64,000 nucleotides of DNA from contig DAIOHD010000001.1 in NCBI GenBank assembly GCA_036744835.1, forward strand, positions 611,910 to 675,909, in the 5' to 3' direction. This document shows positions 36,711 to 46,572 of the stretch, in pieces. Numbering within the stretch: the stretch's first letter is position 1; each line of letters opens with the position of its first letter. The stretch is from Candidatus Magasanikiibacteriota bacterium (GTDB taxonomy: Bacteria > Patescibacteriota > Patescibacteriia > Magasanikbacterales > GWA2-37-8). Made by a program: the position numbers and the translations under genes. Under the pieces are notes generated by a model. It had not been told where the DNA came from. It searched no databases and saw only the letters and a list, made by a program, of their open reading frames with translations.

Positions 36711-39700
36711 TTAATTAATTTCTTTTATGGCCTCCGCTATTTTTACACTTAATAAATTAGAAACACCGCTTGCTCCCATAGTTACTCCATACAAGGCATC
36801 GCAGTGATGCATAGTGGTTTGATTATGTGTGATAATAATAAATTGCGATTGCTGACTCAATTCATTCATAATTTTGGCAAAACGCAAAGTATTAACCTCA
36901 TCAAGCGCGGCTTCAACTTCATCAAGAACCACAAAAGGTGAAGGATTGTAATTTAAAATCGCACAAATTAAAGCAATTGATACCAAAGTCCTTTCTCCCC
37001 CGGAAAGCATATTAATATTTTTTATTTTTTTACCAGGCGGATTAGCAAAAACATCTATTCCGGTTAAAACCTTCTCTTTTTTCTTATGTATGTTTTCTTG
37101 CCCACCTAACTCTGCAACCAACTCAGACACAGATTGTGACTGTAGAGGAGCTTCTGCTGCAACGTCTTCCGCAACTTCAATTTCATCAGAGTAAACTTCT
37201 TTCAAATCAGCTTCTCCTCCTTCAAATAAAATTTTAAAATAACGATTAAATTCAGTCTTAATTTTTTTGAAAGCCGAAGATCTTTTTTTACGCATAATCT
37301 CATCCAATTCAACGATAATTTTTTCCAAGTCTTCTATAGCTTTAGTTAAATCGTCTATTTGACCGGTTAGGAATTCATATCTTTGTTTGGTCTGTTCGTA
37401 TTCAGCCACCACTTCTTCGTCAATACCACCTATCAAACTTAGTTGATATTTATTTTTTTGAATAATACTTACTAATTCTTCTAAATTAACTTCTTCTTCC
37501 GGTTTAATAAATCTTTCTATAATTAAAGTAACATCAGAATTCATCTCGCTTTTTACTTCTTCATTAAGAGATTCTTGTTTAGTTTCAACTTTAGCTAGAG
37601 AAATTTTCAATTCACTACGTGAAGAAATAATATCATTTAATTCATTTTGTACTATTTGCATCTGTTCTTGCAAAGCAAAAATTTTCTGTTTTTTATCTTC
37701 TTCGCTTTGATTAAATTTTTCAATTTCACTACTAATAATTTTTAATTTATTTTCAGCTTCCACCATTCTTTGCATTAAAGATTCTTTTTCTATCGCTAAT
37801 TTTTTCAACTGTTGCCCATATTCTTCAGGACTTAATTTTAAAAACGATAACTCTTTGTTCAAAGTGGCAATTTCTTTTTCCACTTCTATATCTTGATTAG
37901 ACAAAAATTCACTTTTACCTTTGGCGGCTTTGAGCTCAACTTCCAAAGAAAGAAATTTACTCTTCAATGTTTCTAATTTATTTTCTATATCCAAACTATC
38001 TTGCTGTTCGAAAACTAATTGCATTTGTAAATCCTTGACTCTTTCTTCTCCAGATAAAGACATTTTATTTGAAAAACCTAAACTATTCTTATTTTGTCGA
38101 TAACCACCTTTCATGACCCCCTGCCTTTCTACTAAATCACCTTGAAGCGTCACCATGCGAGCTCTACCAATACCAACACGCCTGGCAGCTGACAAATCAC
38201 GCACAACCAAGGTATTGCCTAATACAAAAGAAAAAATGTTTTCATATTTTTTATCGTACTTTATAAAATCCAAAGCACTGCCCAGAACATCATCATGGGC
38301 TAATAATTCTTCGAAATATTGTGGAACTTCTCGCGCATTAATTTTATTCAAAGGAAGAAATGTTGCCACGCCCAATCGACGATCACGTAAATATTCAATG
38401 GCTTTTTTGGCCACGTCTTCATCTTCTACTACCAAAGAAGATAGGTTATTTCCAGCAGCCACATCCAAAGCCAAGCGATAATCGTCCTGTACTTCACCGA
38501 GATCCGCCACCAAACCATAAATTTTACCCAAATTATTTTTGGCTTCAAGCACCGCTTTAACGGTTGTCAAACCCGATAATTGCAAATAATTATGTTCACT
38601 CTGACTTTCGAACATTTGTGTTTGCAATTTACTTATTTTTAAACTATTTTCTGCCTTATTGGCATGTAAAGCATTCATCTCTTTACGTTGCAAAACAATT
38701 TCATTTTCAAGTTTCTTATATTCATTTTCAGAAGAGGCCACTTGTTGAAGTAAGCTTTCCCGATCGGATTGTAATTCTTTGACTTTATTTTCAAGCCAGC
38801 CAATATTTTGTGAACCTCGCTGACTATATTCCGTATGCATTTGACCTTCGAGAATAGTCAGCTCTCTTTCCAAAGAATTTTTTTCTCTGACAGCTTCCTG
38901 ATATTTATTTTGTAACTCATTAAAATTTTCTTGTCTGGTTGAAGCTCTGGCTAAAGAAGCCAATTCGGTCTGAATTTGTTCTAAACGGTTTTGAATTTCT
39001 TGGCACGTCTTTTCAACTTGTATTAATTCTTTTTTGAGATTCTCTTCTTCATTTTTATTACGCCAATATAAATTCAAATAATATTTTTCCTGAGTTTCAC
39101 GTAAAATTATCTCCACCTCTTGTCTTTTTTCCAATTTTTTAACTTGTTTATGTAACATTTTCAAATGCGGCTCCACCTCAACGATTAATCTCTGAGCATT
39201 TTCCATGTTTTGAGCCGAACGATCAAGTTTAAGTTTTGATTGGTGGCGTTTTATCTGAAACTCTTTGATACCGGAAGCTTCATCTAAAAAGTCTTTTCTT
39301 TCTGCCGAACTAACCATAAGTAATCTATCAATCATGCCTTGACCAATAACTCCATAAGAATTTTCTGCAAACTGAGCTCTGGCCAATAACAAATGGATAT
39401 CAAAAAGACGGGTTTGGTTACCATTCAAAAGATATTCGCTTTCTCCATTGCGATAAAGACGACGCACAATCACAACTTCAGAATATTCCGGCAAAATTCT
39501 ACCATCACTATTATCTAAATTTAAAACAACCTCAGCCATTCCAAGTTGTTCTTTAAATTGTGAACCGGAAAAAATAATGTCTTCACTTTTTTTGCCACGC
39601 AAAGTTTTCATACTTTGTTCACCCATTACCCATCTGATAGCATCGGTAATATTGCTTTTACCAGAACCATTGGGACCAACTACTCCGGTAATACTAAAAC

Positions 39701-39785
39701 GACCGTCTTTTGGCGGGAGAAAATCAATAGTTGTTTTGTTCGCAAAGGATTTAAAACCCTGAATTTCCAGTCTCTTCAAATACAT
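36711..39785 (-). CDS. smc: Chromosome segregation protein SMC
   Basis: Walker A 'GPNGSGKSN', a long coiled-coil, a hinge, and C-terminal signature/Walker B ('LSGGERTLVSIALI...VVLDEVEAALD'). Confidence 0.9.
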   Translation of the reverse strand: MYLKRLEIQGFKSFANKTTIDFLPPKDGRFSITGVVGPNGSGKSNITDAIRWVMGEQSMKTLRGKKSEDIIFSGSQFKEQLGMAEVVLNLDNSDGRILPEYSEVVIVRRLYRNGESEYLLNGNQTRLFDIHLLLARAQFAENSYGVIGQGMIDRLLMVSSAERKDFLDEASGIKEFQIKRHQSKLKLDRSAQNMENAQRLIVEVEPHLKMLHKQVKKLEKRQEVEIILRETQEKYYLNLYWRNKNEEENLKKELIQVEKTCQEIQNRLEQIQTELASLARASTRQENFNELQNKYQEAVREKNSLERELTILEGQMHTEYSQRGSQNIGWLENKVKELQSDRESLLQQVASSENEYKKLENEIVLQRKEMNALHANKAENSLKISKLQTQMFESQSEHNYLQLSGLTTVKAVLEAKNNLGKIYGLVADLGEVQDDYRLALDVAAGNNLSSLVVEDEDVAKKAIEYLRDRRLGVATFLPLNKINAREVPQYFEELLAHDDVLGSALDFIKYDKKYENIFSFVLGNTLVVRDLSAARRVGIGRARMVTLQGDLVERQGVMKGGYRQNKNSLGFSNKMSLSGEERVKDLQMQLVFEQQDSLDIENKLETLKSKFLSLEVELKAAKGKSEFLSNQDIEVEKEIATLNKELSFLKLSPEEYGQQLKKLAIEKESLMQRMVEAENKLKIISSEIEKFNQSEEDKKQKIFALQEQMQIVQNELNDIISSRSELKISLAKVETKQESLNEEVKSEMNSDVTLIIERFIKPEEEVNLEELVSIIQKNKYQLSLIGGIDEEVVAEYEQTKQRYEFLTGQIDDLTKAIEDLEKIIVELDEIMRKKRSSAFKKIKTEFNRYFKILFEGGEADLKEVYSDEIEVAEDVAAEAPLQSQSVSELVAELGGQENIHKKKEKVLTGIDVFANPPGKKIKNINMLSGGERTLVSIALICAILNYNPSPFVVLDEVEAALDEVNTLRFAKIMNELSQQSQFIIITHNQTTMHHCDALYGVTMGASGVSNLLSVKIAEAIKEIN

Positions 39786-39815
39786 ACGGTAATATTATAC
39801 AGTTTTTGAAATACC

Positions 39816-39844
39816 TTGACAATAGTAAAAATGGTGGATATACT
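39816..39844 (+). promoter_or_regulatory. Consensus sigma70 promoter TTGACA-17-TATACT upstream of nrnA
   Basis: TTGACA at 39816-39821, a 17-nt spacer, and TATACT at 39839-39844, ~40 nt upstream of the nrnA ATG. Confidence 0.55.
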
Positions 39845-39884
39845 TGACAGTTAAAAGTTCTAAAGTTGAAAGTTACAAAGTTTT

Positions 39885-40850
39885 ATGGAAAATATAGCTA
39901 AACAAATTAATTACGAAATTGCTCAAGCTAAAAAAGTATTGATAATCCCCCACCGCAATCCAGATGGTGATGCTTTGGGCTCTGTTTCGGCATTGGTTGA
40001 ATATATGATAAGTCGCGGAATTGAACCGGAGGTTTTTTGTGAAACAGAAATACAAAATAAATATTATTTTTTACCACATTTGCATTTAGTTAAAAACGAT
40101 CCTCTCATTTTTACTGATCCAGAAATTGATCTGATAATTGTGGTTGACACGGGGGATTTATCTCATGCCGGAGTCGCTAATTATCTACAAAAACATGCAG
40201 CTAAAATTGTAAACATTGATCATCATCATACCAATCCGCTTTATGGTTATCTTAATCTAGTTAATGGTAAATCTTCCTCAACTACTGAAATAATTTATTC
40301 CTTCTTTCGTCATAATAACATCGTCATCACTCATCAAATTGCCACCGCTCTTTTAACCGGTCTGATTTCCGATACAGAAAATTTTACCAACGGCGCGACT
40401 ACTTCGAATGCCATGTCAACGGCTAGCGACCTGGTACGCTACGGTGCCAATTACAAAATGATCAACAATTGGCTATCAAAAAACAAAAGTTTAAATATTT
40501 TACGTCTTTGGGGTATGGCTCTTTCTCGTTTAAAAAAACACGAAGAAATGGATTTGGTTTATACCTATTTGTTACAAGAAGATTTTATTAAACACGAAGT
40601 AGAAGAGACAGAAACTGACGGTATTGCTAACTTTTTAAACAAACTTGACGGAGCTAAAATTTCCTTGATTATAAAAGAAACAGCTGATAAAAAAACCAAA
40701 GGCAGTTTTCGTACTACTTTTAATGATATTGATGTTTCCACTTTGGCTAAAGCAATGGGAGGTGGAGGACACAAAAAAGCCGCCGGATTTGTCTATAATG
40801 GAAATAGAGATGAAGTTTTGAAAAAAATAGTAGAGATACACAAAAGTTAA
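39885..40850 (+). CDS. nrnA: DHH/DHHA1 phosphoesterase, NrnA-like (oligoribonuclease / pAp phosphatase)
   Basis: 'PHRNPDGDALGS', 'DHHH', and a C-terminal 'GGGH' DHHA1 motif. Confidence 0.8.
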   Translation: MENIAKQINYEIAQAKKVLIIPHRNPDGDALGSVSALVEYMISRGIEPEVFCETEIQNKYYFLPHLHLVKNDPLIFTDPEIDLIIVVDTGDLSHAGVANYLQKHAAKIVNIDHHHTNPLYGYLNLVNGKSSSTTEIIYSFFRHNNIVITHQIATALLTGLISDTENFTNGATTSNAMSTASDLVRYGANYKMINNWLSKNKSLNILRLWGMALSRLKKHEEMDLVYTYLLQEDFIKHEVEETETDGIANFLNKLDGAKISLIIKETADKKTKGSFRTTFNDIDVSTLAKAMGGGGHKKAAGFVYNGNRDEVLKKIVEIHKS

Positions 40851-40865
40851 AATTGATGATATAAT

Positions 40866-40951
40866 ATGTATATTATGTAGTATGTATTATGTATTAAGTA
40901 TCATGTATACATGGGTTACTACATAATTCATACTACATACTACATAATACA
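40866..40951. repeat. Long imperfect inverted repeat of TATGTA/TACATA units between nrnA and clpP
   Basis: Left arm TATTATGTAGTATGTATTATGTA (40871-40893). Right arm TACATAATTCATACTACATACTACATAATAC (40919-40950), near-perfect revcomp. Centre at CATGTATACATG. Confidence 0.7.
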
Positions 40952-40982
40952 AAATGCTTTATATAAAAATAAATTAAAAAAT

Positions 40983-41600
40983 ATGAATGATACAAAAAAA
41001 ATAGAAAATACAAATCTAAATTCCCAATTCCTCGTTCCCACCGTCGTTGAAAAAACATCCTACGGCGAAAGAGCCTTTGATATTTACTCTCGCTTGCTTC
41101 AAGACCGTATAATTTTTATCAGCAGTCCGATAGACGACCACGTCGCCTCTGTGGTTATTGCCCAACTTTTATTTTTGGACAACCAAAATCCGGATAAAGA
41201 TATCAAACTCTATATCAATTCCCCAGGCGGTTCGGTAACAGCCGGTATGGCAATTTATGATACCATGCAATATCTCAAATCTGACGTCTCCACTATCTGT
41301 ATCGGTATGGCTGCCAGCATGGCTGCAGTATTACTTGCTGCTGGAGCAAAAGGTAAACGTTTTTCTCTTCCCAATTCCGAAGTTATGATCCATCAAGTTA
41401 TGGGTGGCATGGAAGGACAAGCCAGTGATATCAAAATCCATGCGGAGAGAATCATCAACATGAAAGAAAGACTTAATAAAATTTTAGCCAAACACACCGG
41501 ACAAACCATATCGATAGTTGAAAAAGATACCGACCGCGATCACTTCATGTCCGCTCTTGAGGCTAAAAAATACGGACTGGTGGATAAGGTTATTGAATAA
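40983..41600 (+). CDS. clpP: ATP-dependent Clp protease proteolytic subunit
   Basis: '[17 protein letters not shown]', '[14 protein letters not shown]' (active Ser), 'MIHQ' (His). Start moved to 'MNDTKKIEN' because the track's N-terminus lies inside the inverted repeat. Confidence 0.9.
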   Translation: MNDTKKIENTNLNSQFLVPTVVEKTSYGERAFDIYSRLLQDRIIFISSPIDDHVASVVIAQLLFLDNQNPDKDIKLYINSPGGSVTAGMAIYDTMQYLKSDVSTICIGMAASMAAVLLAAGAKGKRFSLPNSEVMIHQVMGGMEGQASDIKIHAERIINMKERLNKILAKHTGQTISIVEKDTDRDHFMSALEAKKYGLVDKVIE

Positions 41601-41621
41601 TTTTATATTAAACTTCTACTA

Positions 41622-41650
41622 AAAAATGGCTAAAATTAGCCATTTTTTTT
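41622..41650 (+). terminator. Rho-independent terminator after clpP
   Basis: ATGGCTAA-AAT-TAGCCAT hairpin followed by a T8 run. Confidence 0.55.
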
Positions 41651-41669
41651 ATATTTCTAAACAGCCCCC

Positions 41670-41699
41670 TTGACAAAACCTCCAAAGTATGCTATACTA
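41670..41699 (+). promoter_or_regulatory. Consensus sigma70 promoter TTGACA-18-TATACT driving a non-coding transcript
   Basis: TTGACA at 41670-41675 and TATACT at 41694-41699. No ORF follows on the plus strand. Confidence 0.55.
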
Positions 41700-41705
41700 T
41701 GAAGT

Positions 41706-41932
41706 TGCTAAATAACGTGGTAACACGAGCTTTGGCCACGGAAAAATACTTTGTTTTTTAAAAAAAGTATCTTTCCGTATCAGACAAGCATGGAAGATAG
41801 ATTATCGGGAGTATTTGGCTCAGGCTGAGTCTTTTCAATGATCTATCTTCTCGATACGGATTACCAAGGGGGGGAGACCCTCCCCCAAAAAGTAATAACC
41901 CCCGCCCAAGTAATTGGGCGGGGTTTTATTTT
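41706..41932 (+). ncRNA. Candidate structured small RNA (~227 nt) of unassigned family (6S-like long interrupted hairpin?)
   Basis: The region is GC-enriched relative to its surroundings. It has a long nested stem: CCGTATC...GATACGG enclosing AGATAGAT...ATCTATCT, plus GGGGGGGAGACCCTCCCCC. It ends with the intrinsic terminator CCCCGCCCAAGTAATTGGGCGGGG+T-tract (41899-41935). The next gene is on the opposite strand. Confidence 0.4.
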
Positions 41933-41954
41933 ATTTCAAAAATTAATATTTACT

Positions 41955-43925
41955 TTAAAGACTTTCTAAAATAATTTCACTATCTGGTGTTGTTGTTACG
42001 TCTATGGTTTCTTCACTTGGTGTACTGGTAGACACAAGAGATGGGCCAACTAAACACAACTTTGGCAACGGTCGATAATTGCTAGTAAAAACTCTATCTA
42101 TTTTTTCACTGGTAGATGTAAATCTGGTATAAATAAAACTACTTATAGCTCCACGAAAAGCATTTTGACACTTTTCTTCTCCCGGAGCTAATTCTGAGCT
42201 TACTACTTCCTTGGGTTCACCGGCCGGAATCCATTTCGAAACCAAAGGACTGGTATAAGAACCAAATCTGCCGTCGGATTTTCCCCAAAGAGAAAAAGTT
42301 AAAATTTGTTTTTTATAATCTATTTTTGCTTGTAACAATAAATATCCTCCAGTGTCATTTTTAAATTTTAAATCCAAGAAAGGATCGTAAAGCGCAGCGT
42401 CTGTCCCCGGATTTTTATTGATTGGATCGGCATAATAGTTCACCACCAAAGAATGATTATGACGCTCTAAAATATCCATACCGGAATTCATCGCCATACG
42501 AAAAAGTGTAGTTCCTATTTGGCACATTCCACCACCAACCTCTTTGACAATTCTATCGCCTTTGATAATTTCTTCAGGCAAATAACCGTTTTCCAAAGTA
42601 AAAGGACCAGCAAATTTAATCGCAGAAAAAACTTCATCCGGCGCTACCAAAACTCCATTAAGCAATTCAACAGCATGGGCGATGTTTTTTATACGATTGG
42701 TATGGCTATCATAAAAGGTGGAAGTACCCGTACCAATAAGATCATCAATGCCCAAATCATTTAAATCAGTTAATCTTATTTGTGATTCAACTTTTTCCGT
42801 TACCAAAAACAAGGTTGTACTGACATTGTTACAAACTCCATTCTTAAAATAATTTTCTACATTTTGTTTGGTTTTTTCCAAATTCAAACTTAAACCAACT
42901 TCTTGTTCTTTAAATTCTTTTACTTTGCCGTTAATAATGGTAAATTTTGGATTTTGAACCGGAATATCAATAATTTCTTTTAAGCTCTTCAAATAATTTT
43001 CAAATTTTTCTCCAACTAAAGTAAAATATAATTCTCCATTTTCTTTTTTATCAGCCACTAACCAGCTATTGAGTTCGGCCGCACGTAAAGTGAAACTATT
43101 ACGTCTACCCGTAGGAGCGTCGTAAACAAAAGACAAATCTCCACAGCTAACTATTTCTTCAAGTTGCCCTTTCACATCCTGTAAATCACTTGCTAATACT
43201 TTTGGCAAAAAATAATACCTTTCTATTTTAATATCCGCCAAATTTAAAATTTTTAAATTATTTTCCGTGTCAAAAATAATTTTTTCATAATCAAAAACCT
43301 GTCCGGCTCTATCAGGAATAACCTCATATTGTAACGGGTTTGACAATATTATTTTAATATTGGCATTATTGGCTTTATCTTCTATTTTATCCAAAATGTC
43401 ATGAAGGTTGTTTTTAAATTTATCTTTATCAAATCTAATTTCAAATTCAACTTTTTTATTTTTAAAAACCAAAATCAAAGGTGAAACATACTTCTGCCAA
43501 TTATCTTTTTCTCTGCCCAAATTCATAACCTTTTCCACAAAATCATCGGTGTAAAAGGTGATAAGAGGTAAACTATCCTCTCCCAAAGCCCAAATAGTTT
43601 CTACTCGAAAATCTTTTCTTTTATTATCTTCAATCAAATAATAATTTAAATCTTCTTTTACTAAGCGATTATTTAAATTTTCCACGAATTCTTTTACTTC
43701 TTCTTTTTCCATTCCTCCTAAATTATATTCTCCTAGAAAAACTCCCGGATAAACTTTGTTGATATGTTTTTGATAATACAAATAAGCACTTACAGAAGCA
43801 CAACCGAAAAAAAATAAAACCGCGATTAAAATTTTAAAAAATATTTTTAATCCCGATTTTTCTAAATTTTGATTTTGTTCCGACCCTCCCCCGGTCAGGA
43901 TATTTTCCATATTATTCTTCAACAA
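41955..43925 (-). CDS. VanW-family protein with N-terminal membrane anchor
   Basis: N-terminal TM segment. 'GGGMCQIGTTLFRMAMNSGMDILERHNHS' matches the VanW domain core (GGGVCQxSTTLYNA...ERHNHS). Confidence 0.7.
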   Translation of the reverse strand: MLKNNMENILTGGGSEQNQNLEKSGLKIFFKILIAVLFFFGCASVSAYLYYQKHINKVYPGVFLGEYNLGGMEKEEVKEFVENLNNRLVKEDLNYYLIEDNKRKDFRVETIWALGEDSLPLITFYTDDFVEKVMNLGREKDNWQKYVSPLILVFKNKKVEFEIRFDKDKFKNNLHDILDKIEDKANNANIKIILSNPLQYEVIPDRAGQVFDYEKIIFDTENNLKILNLADIKIERYYFLPKVLASDLQDVKGQLEEIVSCGDLSFVYDAPTGRRNSFTLRAAELNSWLVADKKENGELYFTLVGEKFENYLKSLKEIIDIPVQNPKFTIINGKVKEFKEQEVGLSLNLEKTKQNVENYFKNGVCNNVSTTLFLVTEKVESQIRLTDLNDLGIDDLIGTGTSTFYDSHTNRIKNIAHAVELLNGVLVAPDEVFSAIKFAGPFTLENGYLPEEIIKGDRIVKEVGGGMCQIGTTLFRMAMNSGMDILERHNHSLVVNYYADPINKNPGTDAALYDPFLDLKFKNDTGGYLLLQAKIDYKKQILTFSLWGKSDGRFGSYTSPLVSKWIPAGEPKEVVSSELAPGEEKCQNAFRGAISSFIYTRFTSTSEKIDRVFTSNYRPLPKLCLVGPSLVSTSTPSEETIDVTTTPDSEIILESL

Positions 43926-44343
43926 TATAAACAGGAATATTTAAATCAGTTTTAGTTTTAGGAAGACGAATAGTCAATAAACCATTTTTATATTCTGCGG
44001 CCGCACTTTCAAAACGAACATCTGTAGGTAATACAATACTGCGCGAAAACTTACCAAAATAACATTCTTTATGATGGTGATAAGCATTTACAGGTACAGG
44101 AGAAAAACGCTCTCCTTTGATAGTCAATAAATCGTTATGTAAATGTAGTTCCAAACTTTTTGGCAAAGCTCCGGCCATTGGACAGATAACAATAATCTCG
44201 GTTTCTGTTTCTGCCACATCAGCACTGAGCTGGCCGACTTCCGTATTCTCTTCTTTAGTCTCTAAATTTAATAATTCCGGCGAAAAATAGTTTTCCATCG
44301 GTAAATCAACTTCTAAATTTATTTTTGCAAATTTATCATCCAT
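43912..44343 (-). CDS. Hsp20/alpha-crystallin small heat shock protein
   Basis: 'LHLHNDLLTIKGER...FGKFSRSIVLPTDV...AEYKNGLLTIRLPK' is an alpha-crystallin domain. Confidence 0.85.
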   Translation of the reverse strand: MDDKFAKINLEVDLPMENYFSPELLNLETKEENTEVGQLSADVAETETEIIVICPMAGALPKSLELHLHNDLLTIKGERFSPVPVNAYHHHKECYFGKFSRSIVLPTDVRFESAAAEYKNGLLTIRLPKTKTDLNIPVYIVEE

Positions 44344-44443
44344 ATTTTTTATACAAAAAACTACCTAAATCAGGTAATTTTATTATACAATAAATAAAGA
44401 AAAGAGGCAAAACTATTTGATCGCTCCTCTCCTTATTTTAAAA

Positions 44444-44472
44444 TCCGCCCTTACGGGCAGATTTTTTCATGC
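44444..44472. terminator. Bidirectional-looking intrinsic terminator hairpin (CCGCCC-TTAC-GGGCAG) flanked by A/T runs
   Basis: A-run upstream and a T6 run downstream on the plus strand. Revcomp gives a U-tract for minus-strand transcripts reading in from the island side. Confidence 0.45.
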
Positions 44473-44782
44473 AGAGAGGGAGGGCCATTCGAAGTCGTCG
44501 TCCGCCAGTTGGCAGATTCCTCTTTGGAAAACCTTCGGGTTCTTCAACTCCTTTCCTCAGCGAGAGAAAACTCCCGTTTTCTCCCTTTCCCATTCGAATC
44601 CCTTTTCCTATCAAATTAAAAAATAAACAGGAATATTCCTATTTATTTTTCATGCGGTGTAGTCGGGTTAAGTACCCATAACTTCAATGTTTATAAGGGT
44701 ATTTTAGCACGAAAATAGCTATGCTGACCAGGCATATGGGTCGGGGTCTGGCTTTCAGAAAATGCGACAAATGCGACAGTAC

Positions 44783-45442
44783 TTAGAGCTTTTCAGGAGT
44801 ATTGGTAAAAGCAGTTAAATAAGGCCAAATTTTATAATTTCCAAGCACTTTTTGCGGGTCATAGATCTCGTACCATGGCGTCATGGAAAATGTATTCTCC
44901 TTGCCCTCTACTGGCATTGAGACGTATTTTAAAACTTCTTTAGGCGGTAATACGTTAACATTCTCTTTAATGAGAAAAACTTCAAAGCCTGTTTGTGGTA
45001 CAACTCGTGCCTTTAAAACGCCCTGCCGAACAAGTTTTCTTACTGTGGGCGATTTGAGTTTAAAATATGTATCAAATTCCCAGGTAGCATACCAATATTC
45101 GTCGTTATAACAAATCTTCCCAGGAATTACCTTCTTATTAACTGCGTCTTGGCAGGCAAGGCATTTTTTACCCCATTTGTCATACCAAAGTTGTTCATCT
45201 TTTATATAATTATGACAGATGCCACAGTTATAAGTTTTTCCGTCCATCAAGGAAAAACCCTTAGGAGAATCTTTCAATTTTTCTTTAAGTTTTTGTTCTT
45301 CAACATGCCCTTTTAATAAAATATCAAAAAGACCGACCAAGTTACGTCCAGCTTCTGCCGCTTCATCGTGAGTTAATTCTTTGCCATATTCTTTCTTGAA
45401 TATGTCCTGAAATTCCTTAATTGATTTTTCTGATAAAGACAT
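44783..45442 (-). CDS. Hypothetical Zn-finger protein (CGIC...CLAC)
   Basis: 'YNCGICHNYIKDEQLWYDKWGKKCLACQ' is a CxxC-x17-CxxC. No other motif. Confidence 0.45.
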   Translation of the reverse strand: MSLSEKSIKEFQDIFKKEYGKELTHDEAAEAGRNLVGLFDILLKGHVEEQKLKEKLKDSPKGFSLMDGKTYNCGICHNYIKDEQLWYDKWGKKCLACQDAVNKKVIPGKICYNDEYWYATWEFDTYFKLKSPTVRKLVRQGVLKARVVPQTGFEVFLIKENVNVLPPKEVLKYVSMPVEGKENTFSMTPWYEIYDPQKVLGNYKIWPYLTAFTNTPEKL

Positions 45443-45474
45443 TTTAGTAATAATTGTTTTATACCTTACTCAAT

Positions 45475-46572
45475 TTATAAAATATTTTCTCTTAACATAT
45501 AGCCAATAACCGAGCCTTTATTGATTAGAAAATCTAAGATCACCAAAACGTTTTGTTTTAGCTCTAAAGTTTTTCGTATTTTTTCACGATTTTTATAAAC
45601 ATATTTTCTGGCAAGATTTTCTAAATAATAAACTGTATTTACTTCGAGTTTTGCCTTCGACAGATTGGCATTATTTTTTAGCATACCCGAAAGCCAAGAT
45701 ATTCCATCGTCTAGGTATGGGCTTCCAATATCATTTAGTGATTTTGATATCGCGTATAGAGCCGATGGGCAATGACCCAGTTTTTCCGCAATTTCCTTAA
45801 AGAAGGCCTTATTCTTATCTTTAAGTGTGTGCCATTCAACAGCTGACTCCTTCCAAGGATTTTGAGCAAAGAGGTAACTTTTTACAATTTTATCAACATA
45901 CCAATACCCGTCACCCTTTTTGCACATATCAATTATCTTTTCTTGAAAAAGACTCCAAACTTCCCAAAAGTTTTCATAGCAGTTTAAATAATCTTCAGCA
46001 GAGATAAATTCTTCAAACAAATCCGCTATTGCTTCTGAGCTACTAAATTTGTCAATAAATGGCTTTAGATATTCCGAAATTTCTTTTTTAGGTGAACTTA
46101 AAATGAAATATGCTAATTTCTCTAAAAAATCATGTCTAACTTTATAATCAACCCTGTCTTCTCTGTCATTTGAAATTATTTTTTCGGCAAAAGCAGAGAT
46201 GATTTTTTTAACTATTGTTTTATGGTCCTCATTCTCTGTCTTAAGTGGAATTAACTGAAAAGCTGTCTTAAGCGTATATAGATCTATTTTTTCAATGTCA
46301 TTTATATTATCGATTGATAATTTGTTATTTAAAATTTTATCTATAGTCGCCTTATTTTCTTTAAGAAATTTTTTCATTACATCCCTGTCTTGCGTGTTAT
46401 ATTCATGCTTTTTATAATTCTCCTGACGTATTTTTTCTTGTAGAGCGTCAAATTTTGGTTTTAGCAATAAATAGCCAAATAAAATTGACTGCGCCGTCTT
46501 CAAAAGAAGATTTCCATATTTTTTGAACAGCAATAATTGCGAATGCATTGAAACTAGTGCCAGCCATGTCAA
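45475..46572 (-). CDS. Hypothetical protein (start uncertain; 5' 124 nt overlap the upstream NTPase gene in another frame)
   Basis: The ORF track's extent overlaps the end of the 46448..50296 gene. The first internal Met that avoids the overlap is at ~46377. The pair may be a frameshifted single gene. Confidence 0.35.
   Translation of the reverse strand: MTWLALVSMHSQLLLFKKYGNLLLKTAQSILFGYLLLKPKFDALQEKIRQENYKKHEYNTQDRDVMKKFLKENKATIDKILNNKLSIDNINDIEKIDLYTLKTAFQLIPLKTENEDHKTIVKKIISAFAEKIISNDREDRVDYKVRHDFLEKLAYFILSSPKKEISEYLKPFIDKFSSSEAIADLFEEFISAEDYLNCYENFWEVWSLFQEKIIDMCKKGDGYWYVDKIVKSYLFAQNPWKESAVEWHTLKDKNKAFFKEIAEKLGHCPSALYAISKSLNDIGSPYLDDGISWLSGMLKNNANLSKAKLEVNTVYYLENLARKYVYKNREKIRKTLELKQNVLVILDFLINKGSVIGYMLRENIL

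Noticed and set aside
40911-40982. Track start of clpP ([24 protein letters not shown]...)
   Set aside because: The N-terminal extension is a translation of the TATGTA inverted repeat. The ClpP homology begins after the ATG at 40983.
41706-41932. Assigning the candidate ncRNA to tmRNA, SRP RNA or RNase P RNA
   Set aside because: No tRNA-like termini or tag-peptide frame; no SRP domain-IV GGAA/AGCAGCC-type motif; too short and lacking P4 consensus for RNase P. It is left as an unassigned family.
44417-44681. Two overlapping plus-strand ORFs (69 and 70 aa) upstream of hsp20
   Set aside because: They overlap the tRNA-Ser-derived fragments and terminator hairpin, with low-complexity Arg/Pro/Ser translations. 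They are interpreted as an att/remnant region, not genes.
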